Shown in pieces: positions 1-13,600 of a stretch of DNA of 64,000 nt. A program made the position numbers and the translations under genes. Positions within the stretch are counted from its first letter, which is position 1. Each line of letters opens with the position of its first letter. The notes under the pieces are model-generated. The model searched no databases, was not told the origin of the DNA, and worked only from the letters and a program-made list of their open reading frames with translations. The DNA is taken from assembly GCF_009914755.1 (NCBI RefSeq), contig NC_060930.1; one strand, 5' to 3'. This stretch comes from the human T2T-CHM13v2.0 reference genome, Homo sapiens.

Positions 1-147
1 TTTAGATATATTTTATATTTCTTAAAATAAACTTTTTTTCTATGCATAAAAGTGGAGGTCAGATGAATTACAAGTGCATTCTTAACTGAGTGGAAATGGG
101 TGCTGGTGTTTCATATATACATATAAATTTTTTTTGCAGTTGTTTAA

Positions 148-430
148 CTTTTTTTTTATAAAGAGTCTTGCTCTGTTGCCCAGGTTGGAGTGTAGTGGCA
201 CAAGCATAGCTTACTGCAACTGTGAACTTTACCTGAGCCTCTGGAGTAGCTGGAATTGGAGATACAAGCCACCACGCTCAGTGTTTTTTGTTTTGTTTTG
301 TTTTGTTTTTTAAAGAGATGGGATATTGCTTTGTTTCCCAGGCTGGTCTTGAATTCATGGGCTCAAATGATCCTCTTGTCTCAGCCTCCCAAGCAGCCGG
401 AATTATAGGTGCAAGCCACTGCACCTGGCT
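148..430 (-). mobile_element. AluJ, diverged
   Basis: Poly-T followed by antisense dimeric Alu ending gcaagccactgcacctggct. Confidence 0.88.
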
Positions 431-2952
431 GCTTGACATTTTTATAGACTCATACTAAAAAGTTTATTCATTGAATGAGTACTGTGTGCATAGGGTTAAA
501 TTTATCTGACGTTTGTTATAATTTAAACAGGAGTGTTGATAAAACTGTGTAAAATGAATTAGCATATACTTGCCATTATGTTTTTATCTTAATAATTGTT
601 ATGTAGTTTCTATGAAAAGTTCAGTTACTTAACATTTCCATGCTTTTTTGTGTTTGCTTTATTTAACCTTAAAAGAGTGATTGAAGTAATAGTTTTGTTA
701 GGTCATTAGATTGGTGATCTCCCCTTTTGTATAGTCAAATTTAATTTCATTGTTTAAGATTGAAAACTAGTGCAAATTCTAGTTTGATCACAGGACCACA
801 GTTAAAGGTGCATTCACATATCTCATATAAGATACCTATTTTCACTGTATTAATCATTTGCATTAATCAATAAATTTTAACTTTTAAAAGATTTGATGGT
901 TAAAAAGATGATGGAAGGAATTATTTCTCTAAAACTAAGGAAATCCTTGCTCTGGGAAGCTGTGTTGAGAAGAGTTCTAAGCTCTGCTGCCTGTGTCAGT
1001 GTTCTCTGGAAAGACCTCTCTTGGAAGGATGCTGTGATGTGGAGTCAGGAGGTCAGGACCCAGCCCTACCCTCCCTACCACCTGCCAGCTGTGTGGCCTT
1101 GAGTGAGCCAACAACTTTGCCAGGAGTCATTTGCCTTATCTTTAAAATAAAAGATCACTACCATGTCCTGGGTTGTTTAAGTGAGATTATGTAGTATTAG
1201 TAGGGTGCCTCCCACCACAGGTCCTCAGTACATTGAGGTTTCTTTCCCTGCCTCCTGCCTCCTTGCAAGGAAAGCCAGAGCACTTTGACTTAGAATTGTG
1301 TCTGAATTCAGCTGGTGTGTTGCATAAGCTTGGTTATCTGCTTTTCCTCTCAGTTCTTCCTAGGTAGAGGTGAGGGTGAGCGGGGGAGCTTCATGCAGAG
1401 GAAATAGTCTGAGGCTATTTAGTGTAGAAGCATACTTCAGTGTGATCCTGGGATGTCTAGAAAAGGCTAGATTATGTCCAGTATACACTTTTTAAACAGC
1501 TACCATTTTAATGTTTTGGTACTGGGAAATGTGTTAGTTGAAAATTTCACTTACGAGTAATCCTTTTATTTCTCTATGGTAACAAGACAGGTAAGGCATA
1601 TCAGTTGGCCCAGACTCATTGGTCCTCAATGACTGACTGCCGGACTCAGAGTTGAGGGTCTGATCTCAGAGGACGCAGGTTGTGTTGCCAGCCCAGATAC
1701 CTATGACACCCTTTCCTAGCAAGTGGACGCTGTTTTCTGAAATATCTGTCACTACCTTGAGGCAATCCTCATTATTTTAATCTTTATTCTTAGGCTAATG
1801 TCTTGAGCCATGTATCAGAGAGAGACAGGCAGGTTGTTGATTTTTGAGATGAAGAACAACTATCTGGCCAGGGAGAGAAAGAGAAAATCGGCTTATAAGT
1901 TAGAATGGTACAGAGTGCTCTGCCTTCTCAGATTATTTTGTTTCCAAGAATCACTGATTATATAGCTTTTTTTTTTTAAGTTTAAGCCCATACCCATTCT
2001 GCATATTTCAGAGTGAAATGTCCTTTCGGGACAATCTTATTAAATCACTAATCTGAAATTTTATGTTCCCTAGTTGGCCATGCCAGTATTTTGGTTAGGG
2101 TTTTAGGTGATTTTTATATCCACTGTAAACTTGGATATAACTTACCATTAACCAGATACTTAAAACCAGGGTATTTTCCTAAGGTTTAACATTGGAAGTG
2201 GTATGTGAGCTGAGCCTTGAAGGGTGACACCAAGTTTTTTGACACGAAAAGGTTGGATGAGCTAGCTAAAGGGCTTGTTTTTTATCCTGTAGGGCAGGAG
2301 TGGTTGTAGATGCCCTCTCATGTGCTGACATACTGATTGATGGTGGCTTCTAAGGTCTCTCCTGAGTCTAGTAGGAGGCAGGCTTCCTAACTGTCATGGA
2401 CACCAGGCAGGCAGGTAGGGGAATGAAGCAAGATTTGGCAGCGCAGCTGCTGTGAGTTTGCTCTCCAGTGGCTTGGAAATGGGAAGTAAAGGATTCTGAT
2501 CTTATGTGAGACCATTTTCAGACTGTCCTAGTCTGCCCTCACATATCCCTGGAATGGACACATACAGGCTGGTCAGGGCTTTCTTGGGGCACTGAGGTGG
2601 GAGAAGCTGGAGGCCTGGGCAGGGTAGTGGAACTGAGAGTGAGAAGCCCCCTACACTTGGATCTCTTGCGTATCACACGAGACTCATTTATTGATGACTG
2701 CCTAGCTGGCTCATAATACTGATGGCTGAATGGGGGTATGAAAACTGGTCCTCAAGAGTATCCAGTCTTATTGGAGGAATAATGCAAAAACAAACAAACA
2801 AAAAAGGATAAAATAAAAGAAACAAAAGCCCAGGTGGTAAATTTTCCAGTCTTCTTGGAGAAGTAACACAGAAAAAAAGGTAAAATAAAAGAAACAAAAG
2901 CCCAGGTAGTCATTTTGCAGTAGAGCTCAGTGACTAAGGGCAGAGTACCTTG

Positions 2953-3159
2953 CAGAGGTGTTCAGTATTTTGGCTTCCCTGGGCCACACTGGAAGAATTG
3001 TCTTGGGGCACACATAAAATACACTAACACTAACAGTAGCTGATGAGCTAAAAAGAAAGAAATAGTAAAAAAAAAAATCCCATAATGCTTTAAGAAACTT
3101 TACAAATTTGTCTTGGGCCACATTCAAAGCCATCCTAGGCTGCGGGTTGGACAAGCTTG
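2953..3159 (+). mobile_element. MER30-like hAT-Charlie MITE inserted in a MIR
   Basis: tttggcttccctgggccacactggaagaattgtcttggggcacacataaaatacactaacactaac...gcgggttggacaagcttg matches MER30 as recalled. Confidence 0.85.
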
Positions 3160-3350
3160 GTTTAAATCCTCTGCTTAACAGCTGTGTGACCCTGGGCAGG
3201 TGACTCAGTGACTTCTTCCATTGGTTTGCTGGTCTGTTAGAGTATCACGTACTTTATAGGGCTGTTGTGAGAATTAAATGAGTCAGTATATGCATATTTA
3301 AGGTACTTAGAGCAGAGTTTGGCATGTAGTAAGTGCCAGATAATTATATA
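3160..3350 (+). mobile_element. MIR
   Basis: gctgtgtgaccctgggcagg...ggctgttgtgagaattaaatgag...ggcatgtagtaagtgc. Confidence 0.7.
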
Positions 3351-4309
3351 TAATTATTATTTTGGAGATAGAGTCCCTAAGCCTGTTTTGTCTTTGAAAT
3401 AAGAACTTCATAGCATTGTGCAGGTTTAGTGAAGTAATGTTGGTAAAAGCATCTGGAAAAAAGCCTGGCAGAGACCAAGTGCTCAATAACCAGTAGTTGT
3501 TATCATTCTTATCATTTAATACTTACCCATTGGTGTGAGTTTATTTGGTTCTCCCTCCACAGAGATAGGGGAAGAAATAATGTATTTTAGCCATCGATTT
3601 TTGCTTTTGGTTTCAGAATCCAGTTTTGAAAACAAAATGTGTTTGTTAACAGGCTGCTCCTTTGCCAAGAAAAATGACAAAATTACCTCCATGTACTCTT
3701 CTCTCCTCCCCCAAAAGCCCTGTATGAGTGTGTCTCTGGCTGCGCATATTTAAGTATTAACTGAGATAAAGCATGAGCTCAGCAGGGGCTTTCTAATGGC
3801 TAATCCACAGTAACCCATTTAAAAAATCTTTTTCTCCACACAAGAAAAAGAACTAGTAGGGAAAGGACATTTTGGTGGTTGTTTGAAAGAAGTGTCACTC
3901 GGGTATTTGGGGGAGGAAGAGTGGTGTCTCACCATTGAGTTTTTTGTTTGGTGGATGCCTCTTTTCCAGGTCCAGTTGCTGAATCCAGGACATGGAGTGG
4001 AGACAGGGAGTGGGTAGGAGGTGCCATCAAAGTTCTAAGCAAGTTCAGCAGTGTTGAAAGAATTTAAACCCACTCTGCAGCCGGGTTATAGCTAGACAGT
4101 ACTCTACCCTGGGATAGTGTGGAGAGGACATCCTTTCCCATTAGGCACTGACAGCCCAAGACAAAAAATGGGAAGAATCTTGGGTGGGTGAAAACACTTT
4201 ACACAATAAGTTCTTGGTGGTCTCCTGACCTCTAGGGACCTCTGAACTTCTGGAGTTAAGATGAAGGCATGGACAGTCTTTTTTTGCGAAGTGTCATGTA
4301 GCAACAGAG

Positions 4310-4500
4310 TTTGGGCTTTAGAATCTGACAGACCTGGGCTCTAGGGAAACCTCCTTAGGAGCTTACTGGCTGAAATCGAGCAAGTTCTGTAACCTCTCTC
4401 TGCCTCCATTTTTCACAGGTAAATCCTAGTCGAGGATTAAGTTGAAGCTATGTATATTAAGTGCTTAGCATAGTTCCTAGCAAAAAGTAAATTTAAAATG
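4310..4500 (+). mobile_element. MIR
   Basis: cagacctgggctct...gcaagttctgtaacctctctctgcctc...gaggattaagttga...aagtgcttagcatag. Confidence 0.6.
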
Positions 4501-6959
4501 ATCTGTTACTATTAGTGGTGGTGGCGGTGTGGTGATCACCAGCAACAGTCAGAGGGTGGTGGACCAAGGAGGAAGCAGACAGCATTCTTAAGAGAGATGG
4601 AAATTGCCCTCTACATTATAGAGGACCCATCTGAGACCATCTCCCAGTTCAGTTCTGTAGGAAAGGCAGGTAAGATTGAGAATAAGGGTTGTGTAATTTT
4701 CGGGTGCCTTCTTCCTCTGGGGCTCTTAAGATCTGAGCACAGTGGATTCAAGTAAGGTAAGGAAAGACTACCAGTAGGGAGAGGTCTGGTAGTTAGGGGT
4801 GTCAGTTTAGCGGGAGGTTTTTTGTTTGCTATTTTTTTCTTTTTGTCTTAGACACTATGTTGAACTTTTTTGGAGTTGTGAAGTCAAAGGATGATAATAT
4901 TGTAAGCAAATATTCTCTTTTCAGAAAGGATTAGGAGCAGGTAAAAACTTTAGTTAGCTGATATTTTTGCTTTATAGTAAAACCTCTCCGGCAGAATTAT
5001 TTTATAATCTTTTTTTTAACACCTTTTTTTTTCTGACAGGAGATATTAAGTAAGAAAGGTATCTACTTTGTATGTGTTGTTCTCTGGCTTTTTATGAATA
5101 AAGTATTACTTGTCTTTAAGCATCTCTGATAGGAATTTAGATAATAAGCCAGTGAAATATTTTTCCTCCATAAATTCCTGTGGCCTTGATGGTGAACCTG
5201 TGATCAAAATATTAGAAATACTGACTCTGAAATTGATTCAGATACATTTGCTTGGTTATATAAATTCTGTACTTTTGGCCCTGAAATAGAAAAAGCCTAC
5301 TTGAAGCTTTGGGGACCTTCTTACTACTTCCAGGTCATCCTCGAAGGTCTTAAAATGTTTTTAAACATGACCAGTTCTTTTCTACTATATTGGTCTAAAC
5401 TCTATGTTGCTCCTTCCTGAGAGAAGATAGTTTCCTCTGGTTTTGTCTAGACCACAAGTGGCTTCAGAGAAACAGGCTTCTAGGTATAGCATGGAAAGGG
5501 GAAGATCTGGTGGATAAGGAAGGTTTTAGATGACACAAGTAATACTGGGGACAACTGTGGAACAAAGAGTGAGAAAGGTATGAAGAGGAGGGTACAAGGA
5601 AGGCAGAAACAGGGAAGAGCAGGCCGGAAGAGAGAGAAGGGAAGAAGGCAGAATGTTGAAAATGGGGAATAAGGAGCAATCTTGAGAGGACAGAGAGGGT
5701 GTTAGGTAGGAGTAGAGGGGGATAAGTGGTAAAGAGAGACTGCGTTAGACTGGTGAGTGAGGAGGCAGTGCCTGAGGTATGTCTTTGTGGCTGTGAGACT
5801 TCCAAGGGAATTTGAACATTTGAGGTGGCTAGGGTAGTATTGCGGACCTGGCTGCTCAAGGGAGCTGTTGAACATTTGTATGTAGTGATATCACCTGAAC
5901 TTTTGTGCTTTGGAGTGGGAGGAAGTAGTAGAAGGAAGCTTTGCCTATCCTTTTATGTTAACTTTCTTGTGATCTTGTGAGGAGGCCTGTCCTTGTTGAG
6001 TCATTTAGTTCTACCAGTCTACCTCCTTTCTCTAAGTTGTCTCAACTCGTGCATAAGTCTTACCACTTCTCTCTATAACTAACTCTTTGCAACATGTTTT
6101 GCTTTAAGTATTTTTAAAAAAAAGCTTTTTAAGGGAAGAAGGAAAAACTATATTAGACCTTCTCAAACTCTGCTGCCCTTTCTTCCTATTTTCTCTCTTT
6201 GCCACCAAGGGTTGTTGTACTCCTTCTCAACCAGTCATTACCGAAAGGCTATTAATTAATTGATTAGAATGCAAAAAATAATCTTGGGCTTTGGGTTCCT
6301 TTATTGCCTTTCATTCCATAGGGAGTTTTTTCTTTTTGTTTAACATGTATAAATGTCTAAGCCTATTTATTGTAGACATTTTATAGTAGTTTTTCTAAAA
6401 TGTATTAAATTATACTGCTTTCTTAAACTAAGTCTGGAACTTACTTTATCATCATGAACCATCAGTGTTTTCCAAATCAACTGATTTTCAGAAGACTGAG
6501 GTGGTTAGGATTGTGAGTACATTTACTCATATTCATTTGAGTGTGTTTTATGTAGATGGGCACCTGGGGAAATAGTGGCAAGCAAGACAGACACTGTCTC
6601 TGCATGTTGGAATTTAGTCTGTAAAGTCTGAATGGTGATGATCTGGACCAGCATAGTGTGGAAGGTACTGGTCTGTGTTCTGGATGATTTAGGTTACCAT
6701 GCCATCTCCAGATAAATGGAGTATTGCTGTTTAGGGCCCTGACTTATACACTTGGTCATTTCCACCTCTGGTCTACAGTTGCCTACCCCGCAATCCATAT
6801 GCAATTCTGCATATGGCTTTATTTTCTAGGAGGTGGAGGGAGGAAAAGAGGTGAGGATTTGCGTGAAGACAAGCTAGTGTTGGTCCAGGTTTTTTCTGCT
6901 TTCTCAATTATCCTATAATCTTTGAAAACACATTGGTTTTTTTTTCTCTCTTGACATTT

Positions 6960-7480
6960 TTCCCCCCTTTCCTCTCGTGAGGACTTTAAAGCAAATCCCA
7001 GGCTTCAGATATTTCACTTCTGTATACTTCAGTGTGCACAGAATAACATGGGCATATGCTTACCTGACCAGGGTCATTATCACACCTAACTGTAGGTACT
7101 GTATTTTGTTGTATAACCTAATGCCCATTGTATAATTTTAAAAATTTCTCCCTTGTACAAAATAACTGTTCTTTATGGTTTTGTTAGAATCAGGATTCAC
7201 ATGTGACATTTGGATATTATGTCTCTTAATCAAGGGCCATTCCCTGCTCCACCCCTCCCCCCTTTTTCCATGCCAATGACTTGTTGCAGAAACTGGGTCA
7301 GTTGTCCTGCAGAATGTCCCACATTCTGGATATATCTGTTTTCTTGTGTTGTCATTATCTGGTTCCTCTATCGCCTGAATTTCCTGAAACTGGAAATTAA
7401 CTCTAGAGGCTTGATTAAACTCAGGTTCAGCCTTCTTAGTTGGGTAGTGCTGTGTGCTTCACATTGTATCACACCAGGGA
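6960..7480 (-). mobile_element. Old L1M 3' fragment
   Basis: ttaaagcaaatcccag...tatacttcagtgtg...gaaactgggtcagttgtcctgcagaatgtcccacattctggat. Subfamily uncertain. Confidence 0.5.
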
Positions 7481-8672
7481 AAACCTCCTTAATTTAAGTA
7501 AAAATAAAAAATATTAGTGAGCACTGAGTTTGTTTTAGATGCGGTGCTAGGCGCTATGGGGTCTACAGAGATTAGCAAAGTGTAATCCCAGCTGCCTTAA
7601 ATTTGTTTTTGGAAGCAGACCATGAACAACAGCATGACAGAGGATAAGTAAGGGGTAGCTGGGGAACAGGAGAGGTCAACAGCCAGTTTCTCTGTATCTG
7701 AGAGACTGCCCACGAAGCCTGTGGCATTTTAGCAGTCTGAAAAAATTAATACAGAAATGTAATACTTTACCATATAATAGCAACTATGCTCTTTTCTAAA
7801 ACTAGTTTTATCTCACATAATTCTTGAGTAATTTCTCTTTCTCCCCTAACCCACTGTGCGTTGCATTATTTGAGGCACCATGATATGGCTGCAGATGCCT
7901 TTTCGTGCACCTGGGTCAGGATGGGACCTGCGGAAATCCCTCCTCCTTCCCATATTTAGACAGTGAGACATACCAAAGGCAAGTGAAGCACATGGTAATA
8001 GAGAAAGCTGGCACTACGTTTGAGCTAGTGATCTGCTGGTGTCAACTGGCAGTGTTTTTTCAGGTCATCCTGCTTGACCCTTATAGATGTAGAGAAGCCA
8101 AGTACAGTGTAGAAAACGTCAACTTCCTGGTGGTCACCTAAGTATTTTTTTCCCCTTCTTTTGGAGGGGTATATGGAGAGATTTCTACTTTACCAAGAAT
8201 GAAGCTGGAACTTTAAATGGTTTATGTGTGTTTTATAAAACTTTTTAAAAACTTGCAAAATCATATGTTAGTATATTACAGTTTTTACTTGTGTCTTGTC
8301 TGCCCAGTTGCCACCACTTGTAAATTTTTTTTTTCCATAAGCAAGTAAAAGTTCAGCTGGAAGATATCTTCTTAATTGAGGGTTCAAAAGCCAGGAATTT
8401 AAGCAAAAGAGGAAATTCTTCTCAATATTCAAAATACAAAAACTCTAAGGAGCATCTTGTTGACTGGTATATTTTAGCATTGAGCATAGTGCTTGATACT
8501 CAGTGCTCCATAAATACTGATTGGATAAATAAAATGAGATGTAGAGGCAGTAGTGTTTATTCTCATTTATAAATTAGAAGTAAACAATGTGATCACAGTG
8601 AAAAATCCTTAGCCTGCTTTGGATAAGAACTTTCACTCGTGCACTAGAGAGAGAGGGAATGTGGGTATGAAA

Positions 8673-8700
8673 GTGTGTGTGTGTATGTGTGTGTGTTTGT
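8673..8700. repeat. Interrupted (TG)n microsatellite
   Basis: gtgtgtgtgtgtatgtgtgtgtgtttgt. Confidence 0.8.
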
Positions 8701-10367
8701 GGCATTGGCAAATAGAAGAGAAGGATTTGTCTTATCTGCTGATTTAAAAAAAAAGATTTTATGTTTATTATCAAGAATGTAGCACTTAAGATATATGCAA
8801 CTTAAAAAAACTACTGAGTAAAATTCTGGGTTTTGTCCTTGAAAGAAAAGTGGCATTTCCTGCATGAAAAACAGTTTCTATTATAAATGACAAAAAATTG
8901 TTAGGGAGCCAAGCTTTGATGCATTTACTACATGAAGGTCAAATACTTAGGTCATTATAATTCTGCCCCCTTTTGTGCATGCAGTACAATGAAGCTCTTT
9001 GACATGGTGCTAGCACATTCTCAAGATGAAGGAAGGTCACGTGTTTTCAGGCATTAAGAGCATGATCTACTCTTTTTTGGTTCCCTGTTATAAGTGGCTG
9101 TTGAGGGTAAAGTTGAGGGGAGAAACTGGACTAATGAATGGCTTTTGTCTACCTTTGTACTATTTTTTACTTTTCTTGCACAGAAGTCAATTAAAAAAAA
9201 AAAAAAGTTAAAAAGCTGAGAACCAATTGCCCAGAGCAATCCACAGGCAACCTTCAGTCTGGCTCAGTTACCCAGATTTATATCACATACTTGCTAGCAG
9301 AGTTTTGATTGCCGCCAAACCTCAAATGAATGTGTGGCTTCTTTACATGGAACTGGTCCTTTTGTTAAGGAGGCCTTGTGAGTTATTATATGGGCCTTGG
9401 AGCCAGTTCATCTGGGTCCAATATGTGGTTTCATTTATTGGCTATTGGCCTTGGAGGAATTATTTAACTCCACTGTGCCACAGTTTCCTCATCTGTAAAA
9501 TGAGTTAATTTGCAACAGGAGGCATGAAAGAAAAATGCCTGGCATAAACAAAGCACTTGGTAAACATCAGCAACTGCTGACGTGTGTGCGTGTGAATTTA
9601 TCAAGAGATGCAGTTCAGGTATTGAGTATATAAAGGAGGGTGAAGATGGGGTTTCTATGTGATGAGGATATTATCTTGGGTGGCGCAAGGTTTCAGAGAT
9701 AAGAATCTGACCTGGGATTGAAGGTAGTGGGCAATGGAAAGGGTCAGGGATGATGACCCCCTTCCCTGCTCCAAATTCACTGGGAAAGGAGAAACTCACA
9801 CTCAGACTACTGGGCCTGACTACAGCTGGCATTCCTCTTTGCCTGTTTGATCCATCTGCTAATGATTTGAGCCATAATATCTAGGGTGCTTGAGGTTGTG
9901 TACTTGGGTCCTTCCTTCCCCCTTCTGCCTTGGCTTCTCTTTAGAAAGCCAACTCCAACAGGCATGAGACCTTTAAACTTTTTGCACGTATGGGATTTGT
10001 TTCAGAGTGATTAGAGGGTCAGGAGGGGAATGAGTGGGTAGGGGATAGATGTGAATCTTAATACAGATAAGATGGATCATGAGGCTGGATGATGAGTACA
10101 TGGGGGTGGGTTTATTATAACAGTCTTTCTACTTCTGCATATATTTGAAACTTAAGAATAAATATTTTTTAAAGTTAAGCAAAAAATGCAAGTATATAAC
10201 AATATGGATGGTATACCTTTTATATAAAGTTTAAAAATATGCGAGCAGTATTATGTATTTTATATATAATGTTTTTGTATTTTATATATAAGGTATTGAT
10301 ATATACATTGTGTGCATGTATATATATATTCATATAAGAATTTAAAATTTTATAAAATAATAAATAT

Positions 10368-10671
<304 letters not shown>

Positions 10672-13600
10672 CTAGCTTTGGGATAGTGGTCGTGGTTGCT
10701 TCTGAGAAAGGTAGAAAAGAGATGGAATGAGGAGAGGGAATACGAAGGGTATTTCACCTGTATCTGGAATATTTTGCTTCGTTAAAATTTTTTGAAGCAA
10801 ATACGGCACAATACTAAGATTTGCTAAAGTCGAGCAGTGGGTACACAGGTGTTTGTTATATTCTGTGTAATTTTGTTTGTTTTAAATGTGTCACAAAAAG
10901 AATAAAATGTCATGATTCTATAACAAGAAGTGTCTTTAGACATGTCAGGAGCTGAGCTGCAGGAGGTGCTGGGAGGTGCCTTGCCTTTCTGCTAGAGAGG
11001 CACATCCTGTCATAGCATTGCACCTTGCAGCAGGGGTGGCGAAACGATTGGCCACTTGTACAGTTGCATAATGGGGGAAGCCCTCGTGGTTAGTAGAGGT
11101 GGATGGTGGTAAGTAAGGCTGTGTGAATTACAGGCAGTTAGATACAGCAGAATTCATGTTTTCTGGACCATGCTGACCTACTGCCTCTGTCAGAGGGATT
11201 GGGCTGGGTTATGAATGATGAGTTGGTTACGATGACTGGAGGAAGATTTTTAGAAAGCACAGCTTTTGTGTATAAGAACTAGTTTCCTTGATAAGACTTC
11301 TCAGAAAAAAAGAAAGCTGTTTCTACTCTGGATTGGTTGTGTGGTAATCTTGTCAGTCTTCCCGCACAAAGCGGGATTAAGCTTGTCACTCCTCAGCTAG
11401 GGAAGCAAGCCCTCCATCTGGGGAGTGAGAAGACAGATTGTTCTGAGGGCTGGGTTCATGGGCTGCTTCTGAAATGTGACTAGCACCTCTGTGCCTCTGC
11501 CTGCTTCTGGGGAGGAAGACCTGGAGATTGAAGTGATCCTTGTGCCCAGGTCCCAGTCTGTGTGTTACCTAGTGTATCGATGTTGTTCATAGATGTTGGG
11601 GGTGGTGAGCTTGTGCAGTATGCACACATCAAGTGTTAGTTTGATCTCACAGAGAATACAGATGTCAGATGTCCACTTCTTTGGCATTTATTCACTAGAT
11701 CTCTAAACAGGAGATCACTGTTTCGTATGCTCTAGAGAGCTCATTTAGCTGAGGGGAAGGGTAAACCCAGCATCCTTACAGGTTAAACCTTCGGGAATAG
11801 AACAAACCCTGTGTGTTGAGCCCAGTGGAACTGGGCTGGGGTGGGGGGTGCATGAGGCAAGAGACCAAGCATCTTAGAGTGTTTTTTCAGCACTCACATG
11901 CTAGTATCCTAGATTCTCAGGAAGGCGGTGACTAGACCAGACCAGCCCTTCACCACTTCACCACTGTGCATCCTGGGAAGTGGCCTCCTCCTTTAAATAG
12001 GGATGGAGGTCTCCAGGGTGTGCTCTGGAAGTTTGTGAGGATGAGGATCAGAGAATAAGGGACCTTCCTTTGACATATGCCAGGTGAGAAACCACAGGAA
12101 GCAAAGACCACCCAGCCTAGCAGCCACTCACAAGTGCTGTGTTCTGGAGAAGGACTTCATGTTCTGTGTCCATCCAGCCTGATTTGCATCCCTGGAAGAA
12201 TTTGAGAGGTTACAGGACCCTGGCACCTGGGCAGCTCTGCAACATCCTCCCAGGTGGTCCCACTGAAGCACCTCTATTTAAATCCCCCTGTTCCGAATAA
12301 GGAGGCTGTGTAAATGGACCTGCAGATCTTTCTGACATGTAGGAATGGACTGGGAGAGATGCAGACTTCTGCAGAGGGAGAGAGTTTCTGGGCATTGAGC
12401 AGCAACATTGCCTCTGTCCTTCATTTTAGTTTACAACTTTATATCTTCCCTTAATGAGGTTTTCCGCAGCTGTGAAAGAAATAAAATAAATTGAGGTATT
12501 GAGAGAACACATAGAAAGTGGAGAGGCTATTTTTCTGTTACCTGTTTTTGTCTTCCTTAATTGTCTAGTTTAGCACCACTTGAAAAAATTGCGTTACATT
12601 TAAGTTTGATGAGCTCCTTGTGAACATGTGAATCAGTAGTTTCTCGAGGTGCTGCTGGGTTCGGTGACACAATACAGAACACAAAGCCAGAAACCAGCCT
12701 AGAAACCAGACAGAGGGCTTTGTCCCAGAGTCCTGCTTAACCTTATTACAGCTAAGTGTCGAAATCCAGCCCGTGGTTCTCCCCCAGAATACTGGGGGGC
12801 AAATCTCGTTCAATAATAGAAAGGTATGGTTAGCCTCTGAGTGTTTTATGGGTGTGTATATAAAAGCAGTATTAGATGAGTTAAGCCTATGCAGGTTTAT
12901 TATACATATCAGACTCCTGATAATGATAGAATAATGAGTTCATTTTCTAGAGTCGTGATTCTGGAAGACTTTATTTCCACCAAGAATTTCCTTAGTGTCT
13001 GTCTTTCCCCCGGATGTTTTCTCCCTGCCTCAGAGTCAGCAGTGCATCCTCTCCTCATGGCCTGGCTTTGCCTCTTCCCCCTTTTGGTCTCTTCTCTAGT
13101 AGCTTTTTGGTTTTCTTCCCCTGTAGTTAATATTGTCCTCATTTAAAATTTTTTTCCCTTCAGTTGATAAAATGTTCAAATTTTGTGACATATTTTAGAA
13201 GGTAGCCATTTATCAAAAAGAACATCTTGAAATCCTCAGGAGTATTAATGACAGTTTAATGTGTTAAAAATACATATATTCAATGTTAAATCAGTAGAAC
13301 AGGAAAGAAAATTGTGTTTCCAAATTTGTGAAATAAATATACTTAGAAGAAAAAAATGAAAACAAAATATAAAAATGTCAAAATGGTTAAGTTAGGGTAA
13401 TTAGAATATGAGTAACTTTTTACCCTGTTTTTCTCATTTTCAGTAATGTCATTATATGCATGCTTGCGTGTTTCCCCTGCATACATCCCTATGGCATTTT
13501 GAGATGAATGGGACAGGAGAGTATAAAGAAGAAGTGGGTGTGGAGGAGTCATTTTCAGATGCAGTCCTAAGAAACCCCACAGACTCTTGGTAGGGGGGCC

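Noticed and set aside
5464-5859. 131-aa minus-strand ORF
   Set aside because: Product of a purine-rich low-complexity tract with no recognisable domain.
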